From an uncultured bacterium (GTDB lineage Bacteria > Fidelibacterota > Marinisomatia > Marinisomatales > UBA1611): 64,000 nucleotides of DNA. Below the pieces are notes generated by a model that searched no databases, was not told the DNA's origin, and saw nothing but the letters and a program-made list of their open reading frames with translations. The position numbers and the translations under genes are program-made. The DNA lies in contig CBFIBM010000001.1 in assembly GCA_965660855.1 (NCBI GenBank), positions 63,615 through 127,614 on the forward strand. Reading direction: 5' to 3'. This document shows positions 30,575 through 41,046 of this stretch, one piece after another (position 1 is the first letter of the stretch; the number at the start of each line of letters is the position of its first letter).

Positions 30575-32357
30575 CATTTATTGTAAAATTAGAAGACTTA
30601 TCTTTACGTTATTATTTTTTAGTTATCTTTATTCTGAAAAAGAAGTCTCCAAAATAAGAAACTTAACGATTGTTGGTAATGATAATATATCAAAAAACGC
30701 TATACTTTTTTTATTGAGGCAAAAGCCGCCAAATCTCTTTTTTAAAAAACCAAAATTTGAACCAAGACTTGTAAAACTTGATGCTTTAACTATTAAGAAT
30801 TTTTATCATTCTAGAGGCTTCCTAGATGTAAAGATAATTGATACTTTTAAAACAAGCTCAGGATACACCGATATTAATTTTGAAATTAATGAAGGGAAAC
30901 AATATTTTCTTTCCGATATTAAAATTAAGGGAAATAAAATTATCTCAGATGATGAAATTTCTAGACTTTTGGGTTTAATTAAGGGGAAGCCATATGACCC
31001 TGTCGGTGTCAATGATAATATTTATAAAATAGAAAATTTGTATCATGATGAAGCTAAATTATTCTTCAAGATAAAAATTAATGATCAAATAAATGATTCT
31101 GTTAAAGTAAATATTGTTTTGGATGAGGGTGAAGATGTTTTTATAAAGGATGTATTTTTAGAAAAGAATGGGAAGATAGATAGTTCTTTAATAAATAGGG
31201 AAATTTTATTTAAAAAAAGTGATCTATACTCAAAAAATATTATTGATAGAACTTCAAAAAGACTCCGGGAAATGGGTGTTTTTTCATCTGTGAATATTAT
31301 CCCCGTAAAAGTTTCTGAATCTGATTCTTTGGTTAATATTGTAATTGAATTCCGTAAATATAAACAAAGAGAATGGAATTCGTCTGGGGGATATGACCCT
31401 ATAAGTTTTGCAGAAGGCGCGCCTGAATTGCCTGCTATAAGTGGTACAATTGAATGGAGAAATAGGTCTTTTTTTAATACGCCAAAACAGTTTTCAACAA
31501 AATTACTTGCTGGTATTCCTGTAAATGCAAATTATTTAACACCTCGTATTAGATACGATACAAGTTTATCAGGTAATTGGTTCCTTGGTATAAGATTTCC
31601 AACAAAATTTACTGGCTATTATGAACGATTTATTTTATATAACACGAATAAATATGAAGGGGACATTAACAGATTTGGTGCAAATATGTCTCAACGAATT
31701 GAATTTCAAAAAAGATCATTTATTGAAATGAAAGCCGTATGGGAGTCCTTCAGTGATGAAACTGCAAAAAAAGTTGAAGAAAAATCTATTTCCCTTAAAA
31801 TGAATATAGATAAAAGGAATAACCCGCTTTACACAACTAAAGGTTATTTTTTAAAGTTTTTATCTAAATTTGCGGGATTTGGTGGTGAAAGAGAATATCA
31901 AAAAGTTGACTTGTCAACTCATGTTTATTTTCCTTTATATAAAAAATCAATTTTTGCAATTCGTCTTCAAAATGGAAAAATTTGGGGATGGGATGATAGC
32001 AAGAATACTGATTATTCGTATGAGAAATTTTATTTAGGTGGTAGTACCTCAATGAGAGCATGGGATGTTTTAAGATTTAAAGAAAATCAGGGAAATCCCT
32101 CAGGTTCCCTGATTAGAATTATGACAAATATTGAATTAAGAATGAGTTTATATAAAAATTTTGGTATAACATTTTTTACTGACGGTGGGTTGCTTGAAGA
32201 TAATTACAAATATATCAGTATAGATAATATGAAATGGGATGCAGGAGCAGGAATTACGATAAAAACTCCTTTAGGCCCTGCGAGATTAGACTATGCATTT
32301 CAAATTTCTGAAAATTATATGGGTAAAATTCAATTAGGCGTACAAAGTTTATTCTAA
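30564..32357 (+). CDS. Omp85 family (TamA/BamA-like) outer-membrane protein
   Basis: POTRA-like repeats, FYLGGSTSMRAW (VRGY-equivalent), TPLGPARLDYA, terminal Phe. Confidence 0.85.
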   Translation: MHIDIYCKIRRLIFTLLFFSYLYSEKEVSKIRNLTIVGNDNISKNAILFLLRQKPPNLFFKKPKFEPRLVKLDALTIKNFYHSRGFLDVKIIDTFKTSSGYTDINFEINEGKQYFLSDIKIKGNKIISDDEISRLLGLIKGKPYDPVGVNDNIYKIENLYHDEAKLFFKIKINDQINDSVKVNIVLDEGEDVFIKDVFLEKNGKIDSSLINREILFKKSDLYSKNIIDRTSKRLREMGVFSSVNIIPVKVSESDSLVNIVIEFRKYKQREWNSSGGYDPISFAEGAPELPAISGTIEWRNRSFFNTPKQFSTKLLAGIPVNANYLTPRIRYDTSLSGNWFLGIRFPTKFTGYYERFILYNTNKYEGDINRFGANMSQRIEFQKRSFIEMKAVWESFSDETAKKVEEKSISLKMNIDKRNNPLYTTKGYFLKFLSKFAGFGGEREYQKVDLSTHVYFPLYKKSIFAIRLQNGKIWGWDDSKNTDYSYEKFYLGGSTSMRAWDVLRFKENQGNPSGSLIRIMTNIELRMSLYKNFGITFFTDGGLLEDNYKYISIDNMKWDAGAGITIKTPLGPARLDYAFQISENYMGKIQLGVQSLF

Positions 32358-32467
32358 CTTTATTGAAACATTATTCACAATAGAATGTTACACATAATAA
32401 TATTTCAATACTTTTAATTAAGATATAATTTTCTGTAATTTAATATGCTATTTATAAGAGGAAAAAA

Positions 32468-33202
32468 ATGAAAAATAAATTTGTTCCAATATTAATCTGT
32501 TTAGTATTTCTAGTAAGCTGCACAAAAACACCAAGTGAGTTGTTTGAATCATCTAATACAAACCTAGAAAATGATAATATTGAGCTAGCAATCGAAAGTC
32601 TAGATAAATTAGTGAACAATTATCCTAATGATAGTCTTGCTTCAAAAGCACAATATAAACTGGCTTCAATATATCTTAATTGGAAAAATGATTTAAATAA
32701 TGGTTTACTCCATTTGGAAAATACAGCAAAAAATTATGGTGACTCAAAACAAGGACTACAGGCACAAGATGAAATAAGTAACTTTCCAGCTTTTATTATA
32801 AATAAAACCGAATCACTACGAAAAAGAAAAATGCTTAAAGAATCAGTGGATCACTTAATGTTTATGATTAAAGAGTATTCATCAAATGACTTGACACCAA
32901 AAGCTCAGTATATGCTTGGTGATATATATATGAACGACTTTAGGGATTTTACTACTGCAATACAAGAATATAGGAAAGTCATAAAAAATTATGGGGGCTC
33001 GCCTCAAGAGCCACATGCTTTATTTATGATAGGTTATATATATGCAAATATAATTAATGATAATAAAAGTGCAGAAATTGAATATAAATCATTTTTAAAT
33101 CAGTTTCCTGATCATGAATTGTATCCATCTGTTAAATTTGAATTAGATTTCTTAGGAAAGAGTATTGAAGAAATACCTGCATTAAAACATATAACGAGTT
33201 AG
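32468..33202 (+). CDS. TPR-repeat lipoprotein (BamD/CpoB-like)
   Basis: Lipobox LVSC; repeated AQYxLxxIY TPR helices. Confidence 0.7.
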   Translation: MKNKFVPILICLVFLVSCTKTPSELFESSNTNLENDNIELAIESLDKLVNNYPNDSLASKAQYKLASIYLNWKNDLNNGLLHLENTAKNYGDSKQGLQAQDEISNFPAFIINKTESLRKRKMLKESVDHLMFMIKEYSSNDLTPKAQYMLGDIYMNDFRDFTTAIQEYRKVIKNYGGSPQEPHALFMIGYIYANIINDNKSAEIEYKSFLNQFPDHELYPSVKFELDFLGKSIEEIPALKHITS

Positions 33203-33210
33203 AGACTACC

Positions 33211-34206
33211 ATGACAGATTTTAGTTTAACTCAGATTAATGAAAAAATATCTGAATCTTCTAAATTCATTGATGAATTATTTACTTCAATGAATCAAGTA
33301 ATTATTGGCCAAGAAAAACTGATTGATAAAATAATTATTTCGATGCTCGCAAATGGACATGTTCTCCTCGAGGGTGTTCCTGGATTAGCAAAAACAATGA
33401 TGGTTAAGGAATTGTCTAATTGTATCAATACCAATTTTCAGAGAATTCAATTTACACCTGATATGCTTCCGGCCGATTTATTAGGAACATTGATTTACAA
33501 TCAAAAAACTGGTGAATTTGAAACAAGAAAAGGGCCAATCTTTTCAAATATAATTTTAGCTGATGAAATTAATAGATCTCCTGCAAAAGTACAAAGTGCA
33601 CTTTTAGAAGCAATGCAAGAAAGGCAAATCACAATAGGTGAAACTACATACGCTTTAGATTCTCCTTTTTTGGTAATGGCAACACAAAACCCAGTAGAGC
33701 AGGAAGGCACTTATCCTTTACCTGAAGCTCAGGTTGATAGGTTTATGTTTAAATTGCTGGTTGATTATCCAAATTTAGAATCTGAAAGATTAGTTTTGAG
33801 GCAAAACACAAATTCAAAAACCTCAGGCAATAAATCCGCTATCGTAAACCCTGATGAGATTTTAGAAGCCCAGAAAAATATAGAAGAAATCTATGTTGAT
33901 GAAAAAGTTGAAGATTATGTGCTAAATTTAATTTTTGCCACTCGAAATCCTGAAAAGTATAACTTAGAAGACCTTACTAGAATAATTGATATTGGAGCAT
34001 CTCCAAGAGCCACAATAAACCTCATAAAAGCCGCAAAAGCTAGAGCATTCGTAAAACATAGAGGTTTTATTACTCCTGAAGATATAAGGTATATTGGAAG
34101 AGATGTACTCAGGCATAGGATTATTTTATCTTATGAAGCAGAAGCTGAAGAATTAACCTCAGAGGATGTAATCCAAAGATTATTTGAGGTTGTTGAGGTA
34201 CCCTAG
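33211..34206 (+). CDS. moxR: MoxR family AAA+ ATPase
   Basis: EGVPGLAKT, RIQFTPD, LADEINR, ATQNPVEQEGTYPLPEAQ.DRF. Confidence 0.95.
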   Translation: MTDFSLTQINEKISESSKFIDELFTSMNQVIIGQEKLIDKIIISMLANGHVLLEGVPGLAKTMMVKELSNCINTNFQRIQFTPDMLPADLLGTLIYNQKTGEFETRKGPIFSNIILADEINRSPAKVQSALLEAMQERQITIGETTYALDSPFLVMATQNPVEQEGTYPLPEAQVDRFMFKLLVDYPNLESERLVLRQNTNSKTSGNKSAIVNPDEILEAQKNIEEIYVDEKVEDYVLNLIFATRNPEKYNLEDLTRIIDIGASPRATINLIKAAKARAFVKHRGFITPEDIRYIGRDVLRHRIILSYEAEAEELTSEDVIQRLFEVVEVP

Positions 34207-34212
34207 CTATAT

Positions 34213-35088
34213 ATGATTCCTAAAGAGATCCTTCAAAAAGTCAAAAGGATTGAATTAAAGACTCGGGGATTAGTAAATGATCTCTTCGGAGGGGAGTACC
34301 ATTCTGCATTTAAAGGTCGAGGTATGACTTTTTCTGAAGTTAGAGAATACCAACCAGGAGATGATATAAAACTCATTGATTGGAATGTAACTGCTAGATC
34401 AAATTCACCATTCATAAAAATTTTTGAGGAAGAAAGAGAATTGACTGTTTATTTGATAGTTGACATATCTGGATCAGGCCAGTTTGGGTCTAAAAATAAA
34501 TTAAAACAAGAAATTGGTGCTGAAATCGCAGCAGTATTAGGATTTTCTGCTATTAAAAATAATGATAAAGTCGGACTACTTCTTTTTTCAGGGGTTATTG
34601 AAAAATACTTAGTACCTAAAAAAGGTAAAAGTCATGTTTTTAGATTGATAAAAGATGTTCTTAATTATAGTTCTAAAAATAATAAAACATCAATTAAAGT
34701 TGCTTTCGATTATTTATTGAAAATAGCCAAAAGGAAAAGCGTTGTATTTTTTATTTCAGATTTTATTGATAAAGGATATTGGGATTCATTAAAAATTGTC
34801 AACCGCAAGCATGATTTGATAGGTATTCATCTTTATGATGAAGCTGAGTATGATCTACCAAATATGGGTCTCGTAAAAGTTATAGATCCTGAAAGTCAAG
34901 AAACGGCTTGGATTGATACTTCAAATCCTTTTTATCGATCTGATCTAGCTAATAAATCTAAAAAAAATAAAAATGATTTTATAAAAAAATCAAAAAAGAT
35001 AGGCCTTGATATGATATCCATATCTACAAATGAAGATTATGTTGACCCATTATTAGCATTATTTAAAAAAAGAGAAAAAAGAATTTAA
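34213..35088 (+). CDS. DUF58 (vWA-like) protein
   Basis: EVREYQPGDD..IDWNVTAR, EEERE, ISDF; follows moxR. Confidence 0.9.
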   Translation: MIPKEILQKVKRIELKTRGLVNDLFGGEYHSAFKGRGMTFSEVREYQPGDDIKLIDWNVTARSNSPFIKIFEEERELTVYLIVDISGSGQFGSKNKLKQEIGAEIAAVLGFSAIKNNDKVGLLLFSGVIEKYLVPKKGKSHVFRLIKDVLNYSSKNNKTSIKVAFDYLLKIAKRKSVVFFISDFIDKGYWDSLKIVNRKHDLIGIHLYDEAEYDLPNMGLVKVIDPESQETAWIDTSNPFYRSDLANKSKKNKNDFIKKSKKIGLDMISISTNEDYVDPLLALFKKREKRI

Positions 35089-35091
35089 CTA

Positions 35092-35949
35092 ATGAGATTT
35101 ATTTCATTTGTAATTTTTTCGTTTGCATTTTCAAATAATTTAATTATAGAATCTAGTATTGACACAAATGTTGCTTATGTTGGAGATGTCTTTGTATGGA
35201 GTATAAAAGCTAAAGGTGATTCTTTACAGAATATTAATTTCCCAAAATTAGAAATCAAATCAGACTCAATTACCATTAAAGAGCAAGGTTTTTACAAAAG
35301 CAATAATATTATTGATGGTACTTATTTTTATTTAACTGCATGGGAAACAGGAGATTTTTTAACTCCTGATTATTACGTAACAATGGTTGATAAGGATAGT
35401 ATTATAAAATCTAGTGTGGAGGCTGATAAATTAAATTTCACTGTGAAATCTATTCTATCTGAAGAAAACTATGATGATTTTAGACCAATCAAGGGGCCAG
35501 TTCCAGTAACAGATTTCATTAGATTAAAGTTAGTATTTTTAAGCTTTATAATTTTAATAATTCTATTTCTGTTTTATAGAATTATTAAGAAAAGAGAAAA
35601 GTATATTTATCAAAAAAGAAATTATGTTAAAAATAAGGATCCAAAAAAAATAGTTTTAGAACGATTAGAAAGTCTAAAAGCTAATAAACTAGTAAAAGAT
35701 TTTTATACTGAGTTATCACACATTTCAAGACAGTATGTAGAAGATAAGTATTTTATTAGGACATTAGAAATGACTGCAATTGAAATAAAAAAAAACAGAG
35801 ATCTATTCAATTTTAATGATGAAGATTTTTTATTCTGGGTTAGTTTTTTAGATAAGGCTGATAGGGTAAAATATTCAAAGGAGATATTTTCAATAAAAGA
35901 AATGGAAAATGATAAAAAAAATATGGCTACTTGGTTAGAGAAAAATTAG
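35092..35949 (+). CDS. Membrane protein typical of moxR-DUF58-bat operons
   Basis: Signal peptide, single TM, ELSHISRQYVE...TLEMT...ADRVKYS pattern. Confidence 0.6.
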   Translation: MRFISFVIFSFAFSNNLIIESSIDTNVAYVGDVFVWSIKAKGDSLQNINFPKLEIKSDSITIKEQGFYKSNNIIDGTYFYLTAWETGDFLTPDYYVTMVDKDSIIKSSVEADKLNFTVKSILSEENYDDFRPIKGPVPVTDFIRLKLVFLSFIILIILFLFYRIIKKREKYIYQKRNYVKNKDPKKIVLERLESLKANKLVKDFYTELSHISRQYVEDKYFIRTLEMTAIEIKKNRDLFNFNDEDFLFWVSFLDKADRVKYSKEIFSIKEMENDKKNMATWLEKN

Positions 35950-36038
35950 TCATTGAGTTTTTTTGACCAACTAATTTGAACATAAATATTGTAGATGTAA
36001 ATTTTAATGTAAATTAACAAAAAATAATTGGGGCTTTG

Positions 36039-36602
36039 ATGGCCAATACATCTGATATTAGAAATGGAGCAGTAATACTTCATAAAAACAAACGAATGAA
36101 AGTAATTGAATTTCAACATGTTAAGCCTGGGAAAGGTGGTGCCTTTGTGAGAACTAAACTTAAAGATATTCAATCTGGAAAAGTAATTGATGAGACATTT
36201 AATTCTGGACATAAAATTGAACTTGTAAGAGTTGAGGCAAAAGCAATGCAGTTTTTATATGTTGATGGAGATGCATATGTTTTTATGGATAATGAAACAT
36301 TTGATCAAATAAATGTAGCAAGTATATCCATTGGTGATGGAGTTAACTTCTTAACTGCAGGGCTGAATGTTGATTTATTATTTGATGGTGATGAAATTCT
36401 TGATGTAAGACTGCCCTCACATGTAATACTTGAGGTAGTTGAAACTGAACCTGGGTTCAAAGGAAACACCGCTACAGGAGCATCTAAACCTGCTACACTA
36501 GAAACCGGTTACACACTCAACGTACCTTTATTTATTGATGAAAATGATAAGCTTCGAGTCGATACGCGTACAGGTGATTATGTTGAACGTTCAAAAGATT
36601 AA
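36039..36602 (+). CDS. efp: Elongation factor P
   Basis: HVKPGKGGAFVR, PGFKGNTA, VPLFI, DTRTG. Confidence 0.97.
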   Translation: MANTSDIRNGAVILHKNKRMKVIEFQHVKPGKGGAFVRTKLKDIQSGKVIDETFNSGHKIELVRVEAKAMQFLYVDGDAYVFMDNETFDQINVASISIGDGVNFLTAGLNVDLLFDGDEILDVRLPSHVILEVVETEPGFKGNTATGASKPATLETGYTLNVPLFIDENDKLRVDTRTGDYVERSKD

Positions 36603-36622
36603 AATCATATAGGAGCAAAAAG

Positions 36623-37087
36623 ATGTGGCAAGAAAAATTAAAAGAGATTATTTACATTCTTGAAAATTCGAACGTAAATGAAATTGAAGTTAGTTTTTGG
36701 GGCAAAAAATTTAGAGTGGTTAAATCCGGACATTCTATCATAAATGATACTCCAGAATCAGTCAAAATCCAAAACCCTCATGAAAAAAATCAGTCTACTA
36801 ATGAAGAGAAATCCTTTGATGAAGAGATAGCTAAAACGTCAAGTGAAGGGGAAGATCTTTTATCACCAATGCCTGGCACATTTTATACATCTCCAACTCC
36901 TGATGATCCACCTTTTACTAAAGTTGGTTCAAAGGTAACAAAAGGTCAAACACTGTGTATTATTGAAGCCATGAAGATAATGAATGAAATAGAATCAGAA
37001 ATTAATGGTATCGTAACAGAGGTTTATATAGATGATGGTAACCCTGTTGAATACAATCAACCTTTATTCAAAATTAAATCAGCTTAA
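36623..37087 (+). CDS. accB: Acetyl-CoA carboxylase biotin carboxyl carrier protein
   Basis: SPMPGTFY, EAMKIMNEI. Confidence 0.95.
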   Translation: MWQEKLKEIIYILENSNVNEIEVSFWGKKFRVVKSGHSIINDTPESVKIQNPHEKNQSTNEEKSFDEEIAKTSSEGEDLLSPMPGTFYTSPTPDDPPFTKVGSKVTKGQTLCIIEAMKIMNEIESEINGIVTEVYIDDGNPVEYNQPLFKIKSA

Positions 37088-37093
37088 GATAAT

Positions 37094-38458
37094 ATGTTTA
37101 AAAAAGTACTTATCGCAAATAGGGGAGAGATTGCCTTACGTGTAATTCGTGCGTGCCATGAGCTAAATCTCCAAACTGTTGCAGTTTATTCTACTGCTGA
37201 TGAGCTATCTTTACATGTGAAATTTGCAGATGAAGCTGTTTGTATTGGACCACCAATAAGTAAGGATAGTTATTTAAATATTCCAAGAATTATCGCTGCA
37301 GCAGAAATCACAGGAGCTGATGCAATTCATCCTGGATATGGTTTTTTATCAGAATCTGCACAGTTTTCAAAAATTTGTCAAGAAAATGGTTTTTCTTTTT
37401 TAGGTCCAACACCTGAGATAATTGATTCTATGGGAAATAAAGCTAAAGCAAAACAAACTATGAAAGCCGCGGGAGTTCCTGTTGTCCCTGGTGGAGATGG
37501 TATACTAAATGGCCCTGAAGATGCTTTACAAAAAGCAAATAAAATGGGATACCCCGTTATGTTAAAAGCCTCCGCGGGTGGTGGCGGAAGGGGGATGAGA
37601 TTGGTTAAATCTGAAAAAGATGTTGTTTCATCCTATAAGTCAGCTAACCAAGAATCTTTAACTGCATTTGGGAATGGTGATATTTATATAGAAAAATTCA
37701 TTGAAAATCCCAGACATATCGAAGTTCAAATACTAGCAGATTCACATGGGAATTGTATTCATTTAGGTGAGAGGGAATGCTCTATTCAAAGGAGGCATCA
37801 AAAGTTGATTGAGGAGTCACCTTCTCCGCTGGTTGATGAGCTTACACGAGAGAAAATTGGTGAATCAGCTGTGAAAGGTGCAAAATCTGTTGGCTATGTT
37901 GGCGTTGGTACAATCGAATTTTTAATGGATAAAAATAAAAACTTTTATTTTATGGAGATGAATACAAGAATTCAAGTTGAGCATCCTGTTACAGAAATGG
38001 TTACCGGAGTAGATTTAATAAAGCAGCAAATTAAAATGCATGCTGGCGAAAAATGTCTCATTGATTCAACTAAATTTAGATTGCGGGGACATTCGATTGA
38101 ATGTAGAATTAACGCAGAAGATCCTTCTAATAACTTTTTACCCTTTCCTGGCAAAATTACGAGCTTCCATATGCCTGGAGGTAAGGGTGTTAGAGTAGAT
38201 TCACATGCCTATGCAGGATATGTCATTCCTACCAATTATGATTCAATGATTGGGAAAATTATTGTTCATGCAAAAAATAGAGAAAGAGCAATAATTAGAA
38301 TGCAAAGAGCATTAGAAGAAACAATAATTGATGGACCTAAAACTACTATTCCTTATCAAATGGCAATTATGAAGAATGAAAAATTTAAATCAGGAAGTTT
38401 TGACACTAGCTTTTTAGAAAAATTTGAATATAAAAACGATTCAAATAAAGGGGATTAA
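37094..38458 (+). CDS. accC: Biotin carboxylase
   Basis: [33 protein letters not shown]. Confidence 0.97.
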   Translation: MFKKVLIANRGEIALRVIRACHELNLQTVAVYSTADELSLHVKFADEAVCIGPPISKDSYLNIPRIIAAAEITGADAIHPGYGFLSESAQFSKICQENGFSFLGPTPEIIDSMGNKAKAKQTMKAAGVPVVPGGDGILNGPEDALQKANKMGYPVMLKASAGGGGRGMRLVKSEKDVVSSYKSANQESLTAFGNGDIYIEKFIENPRHIEVQILADSHGNCIHLGERECSIQRRHQKLIEESPSPLVDELTREKIGESAVKGAKSVGYVGVGTIEFLMDKNKNFYFMEMNTRIQVEHPVTEMVTGVDLIKQQIKMHAGEKCLIDSTKFRLRGHSIECRINAEDPSNNFLPFPGKITSFHMPGGKGVRVDSHAYAGYVIPTNYDSMIGKIIVHAKNRERAIIRMQRALEETIIDGPKTTIPYQMAIMKNEKFKSGSFDTSFLEKFEYKNDSNKGD

Positions 38459-38464
38459 ACTATA

Positions 38465-38842
38465 ATGACTACACCAGAAAATTTATTTTACACTAAAGAA
38501 CATGAATGGGCAGATTTTAAGGGTAAGGAGATTGTTATTGGTATAACTGATTTTGCACAAAGTCAATTGGGTGATGTAATATTTATTGAATTCCCAAATG
38601 TAGGTGATGAGTTTAACTCTGGTGATGTTTTTGGGGAGATTGAGGCTGTTAAGACAGTATCTGAATTATACATACCATTATCGGGAACTATAACTGCAGT
38701 TAATGAAGATTTAGAAGAGACTCCCGATAATGTCAATTCAGATCCATATGGTAAAGGTTGGTTGATAAAAGTATCTCCCAAAGATATAAATGACAAAAAA
38801 GAATTATTAAATTCAGAAGAATATAAAAAAATGATTAGTTAG
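38465..38842 (+). CDS. gcvH: Glycine cleavage system H protein
   Basis: HEW, GITDFAQSQLGD, EAVK lipoyl motif, NSDPYGKGW. Confidence 0.95.
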   Translation: MTTPENLFYTKEHEWADFKGKEIVIGITDFAQSQLGDVIFIEFPNVGDEFNSGDVFGEIEAVKTVSELYIPLSGTITAVNEDLEETPDNVNSDPYGKGWLIKVSPKDINDKKELLNSEEYKKMIS

Positions 38843-39586
38843 ATGTCTGTTTTCTCTGATTTAGAAAAAAAAATAAACAACCAAGGTGCAGCTTATATTG
38901 TTTTAATTGACCCAGATAAAAAAAATAAAGATTTAATTAGTGAATTTGTTAATGAAGGTAATAAATCAGATGTAGATGCTTTTTTTATTGGCGGAAGTTT
39001 GATGATGGATAGTAATAGTATTCACCGAGTAAAGGTAATAAAAGATAATTCTAAAATACCATTGATATTATTTCCGGGTGGAGTTGGTCAGTTGAATAAA
39101 CATTTTGATGCAATGCTATTTATGTCAGTGATATCAGGTAGGAACTCTCATTATTTAATTGGCGAACAAGTAATTGCTGCACCTGTTGTAAAAGATCTTG
39201 GCCTTGAAACTATTTCAACTGGATATATTTTAGTAGATGGAGGTGCATGTTCTACTGTTGAGTTTATGAGTGGAACTAGACCAATCCCGCTTAATAGAGT
39301 AGATATCATTATCGCTCACGCTTTAGCAGGACAATATTTGGGCATGGATTGGATTTATTTAGAATCAGGGAGTGGTGCAGAAACATCTATTACTGCAGAG
39401 GTAGTATCTGCTGTAAGTGATTCCGTTGATATTCCTATAATTGTTGGTGGAGGTATAAAATCTCCTGATAAAGCTTCGGAATTAGTAAAAGCTGGAGCTT
39501 CGATTATTGTCACAGGTACAATTACAGAAGAGAAATCAAAATTGATGTCTGAAATGGCAGACGCAGTTCATTGGAAAAAAACATGA
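38843..39586 (+). CDS. Geranylgeranylglyceryl/heptaprenylglyceryl phosphate synthase (PcrB family, group II-like)
   Basis: LIDPDK, IGGS, LFPG, MSVISGRN..YLIGEQ, YLESGSGA, VGGGI, VTGT. Confidence 0.9.
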   Translation: MSVFSDLEKKINNQGAAYIVLIDPDKKNKDLISEFVNEGNKSDVDAFFIGGSLMMDSNSIHRVKVIKDNSKIPLILFPGGVGQLNKHFDAMLFMSVISGRNSHYLIGEQVIAAPVVKDLGLETISTGYILVDGGACSTVEFMSGTRPIPLNRVDIIIAHALAGQYLGMDWIYLESGSGAETSITAEVVSAVSDSVDIPIIVGGGIKSPDKASELVKAGASIIVTGTITEEKSKLMSEMADAVHWKKT

Positions 39587-40155
39587 TTAAAAAAATTGAA
39601 AAACAAATTATAGAAAGTATTGAAGTTAAAAAACAAATAATTAAAAGCTGTTTACCTGAAATAAATAATGCTGCAAAATTAATGATCACGTCAATAAGGA
39701 ATGGTGGTAAAATATTATGGTGTGGGAATGGGGGAAGCGCCTCGGATGCTCAGCATTTATCTACCGAATTGATGGGAGGTATGTCAGATCATGATAGAAA
39801 ACCAATTCCCTCCATTTCTTTAACAACAGATACCTCATTCCTCACAGCATGGTCAAATGATGCTGATTTTGAGTCTGTCTTCTCTAGACAAATTCAGGGC
39901 TTGGGAAATTCAGGGGATGTTTTAATTGGTATATCGACAAGTGGTAATTCAGAGAATATAATTTCTGCTATCAAACAAGCAAAATATAAAGATTTAAAAA
40001 CAATTGCTTTGACTGGATATAATTCAAATAAATTAAAAAATTTATCTGATCTTACAATTAATGTACCAAGCAAAGATACACAGAGAATTCAAGAAAGTCA
40101 TATTATGATTGGTCAAATATTATGTGATCTATTAGAAGAAAATCTTTTGTCTTAA
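39583..40155 (+). CDS. gmhA: Phosphoheptose isomerase (SIS domain)
   Basis: CGNGGSASDAQH, ISTSGNS, TQRIQESH; ATGA overlap with the upstream stop. Confidence 0.92.
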   Translation: MIKKIEKQIIESIEVKKQIIKSCLPEINNAAKLMITSIRNGGKILWCGNGGSASDAQHLSTELMGGMSDHDRKPIPSISLTTDTSFLTAWSNDADFESVFSRQIQGLGNSGDVLIGISTSGNSENIISAIKQAKYKDLKTIALTGYNSNKLKNLSDLTINVPSKDTQRIQESHIMIGQILCDLLEENLLS

Positions 40156-40156
40156 T

Positions 40157-41044
40157 TTGAATAGCTTTTTAAAAGAATATTTAATTATGCTTAAAGTTGA
40201 AAAAAACTTATCTAAAGAAACAATTATTGCATATGAAAGTGATAATATTAAATATTTAGAGTTTTTAAAAAAAACAATGATTACAGATTTAAAAGATGTA
40301 AAACAAAAAAATATTAGGCAATATATTCATAGCCTTTATGATAAAAATTATTCAACAGCAACTATAGCTAGGACGTTTTCATCAATAAGATCTTTTCACC
40401 AGTTTTTATTTTCAGAGGATATCTTAGATGAAAACCCAGCATTAACTATTTTGAATCCCAAAGTATCAAAAAAGCTTCCGGAAATTTTAGAAGAAACTGA
40501 AATTTCTTTAATAATTAATTCTGTGCATGAATCTTCTCCATTTTTTTTTAGAGATCAAGCGATAATAGAGACTTTATATTCATGTGGCCTTAGAGTTTCT
40601 GAGCTATGTGAATTAAGTATTTCTAATATATTTTTAGATGATGATCTAATTAGAATTTTTGGTAAAGGGTCGAAAGAAAGATTAATACCGATATCCCAGA
40701 GAGCAAAAAATCTCATTAACAAATATATGATACATAATAGACCCAAATTATTAAAAGGAAAGTCAATTGATTATTTATTTCTTAGTAAAAATGGGAAAAT
40801 TTTGACTCGATCAATGATCAATAAAATTTTAAAAAAATATGCTGATCTTGCGGGAGTTACAAAAAAAATATCCCCTCATACTTTGAGACATTCATTTGCA
40901 ACTCATCTACTAGATGGAGGTGCGGACCTTCGCTTCGTTCAAGCTCTTTTAGGTCATAGCGATATCTCTACAACTCAAATATACACACATCTAGATAAAC
41001 ACCTCTTGAAAGAGGTCTATAAAACCCATCACCCGAGGAGCTAA
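40157..41044 (+). CDS. xerD: Site-specific tyrosine recombinase XerD
   Basis: LYSCGLRVSEL, GKGSKER, SPHTLRHSFATHLL, LLGHSDISTTQIYTH. Confidence 0.9.
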   Translation: MNSFLKEYLIMLKVEKNLSKETIIAYESDNIKYLEFLKKTMITDLKDVKQKNIRQYIHSLYDKNYSTATIARTFSSIRSFHQFLFSEDILDENPALTILNPKVSKKLPEILEETEISLIINSVHESSPFFFRDQAIIETLYSCGLRVSELCELSISNIFLDDDLIRIFGKGSKERLIPISQRAKNLINKYMIHNRPKLLKGKSIDYLFLSKNGKILTRSMINKILKKYADLAGVTKKISPHTLRHSFATHLLDGGADLRFVQALLGHSDISTTQIYTHLDKHLLKEVYKTHHPRS

Positions 41045-41046
41045 TT

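Noticed and set aside
40157-41044. Tyrosine recombinase as a possible mobile-element integrase
   Set aside because: Size and motifs fit housekeeping XerD inside a core operon; no att sites or cargo seen
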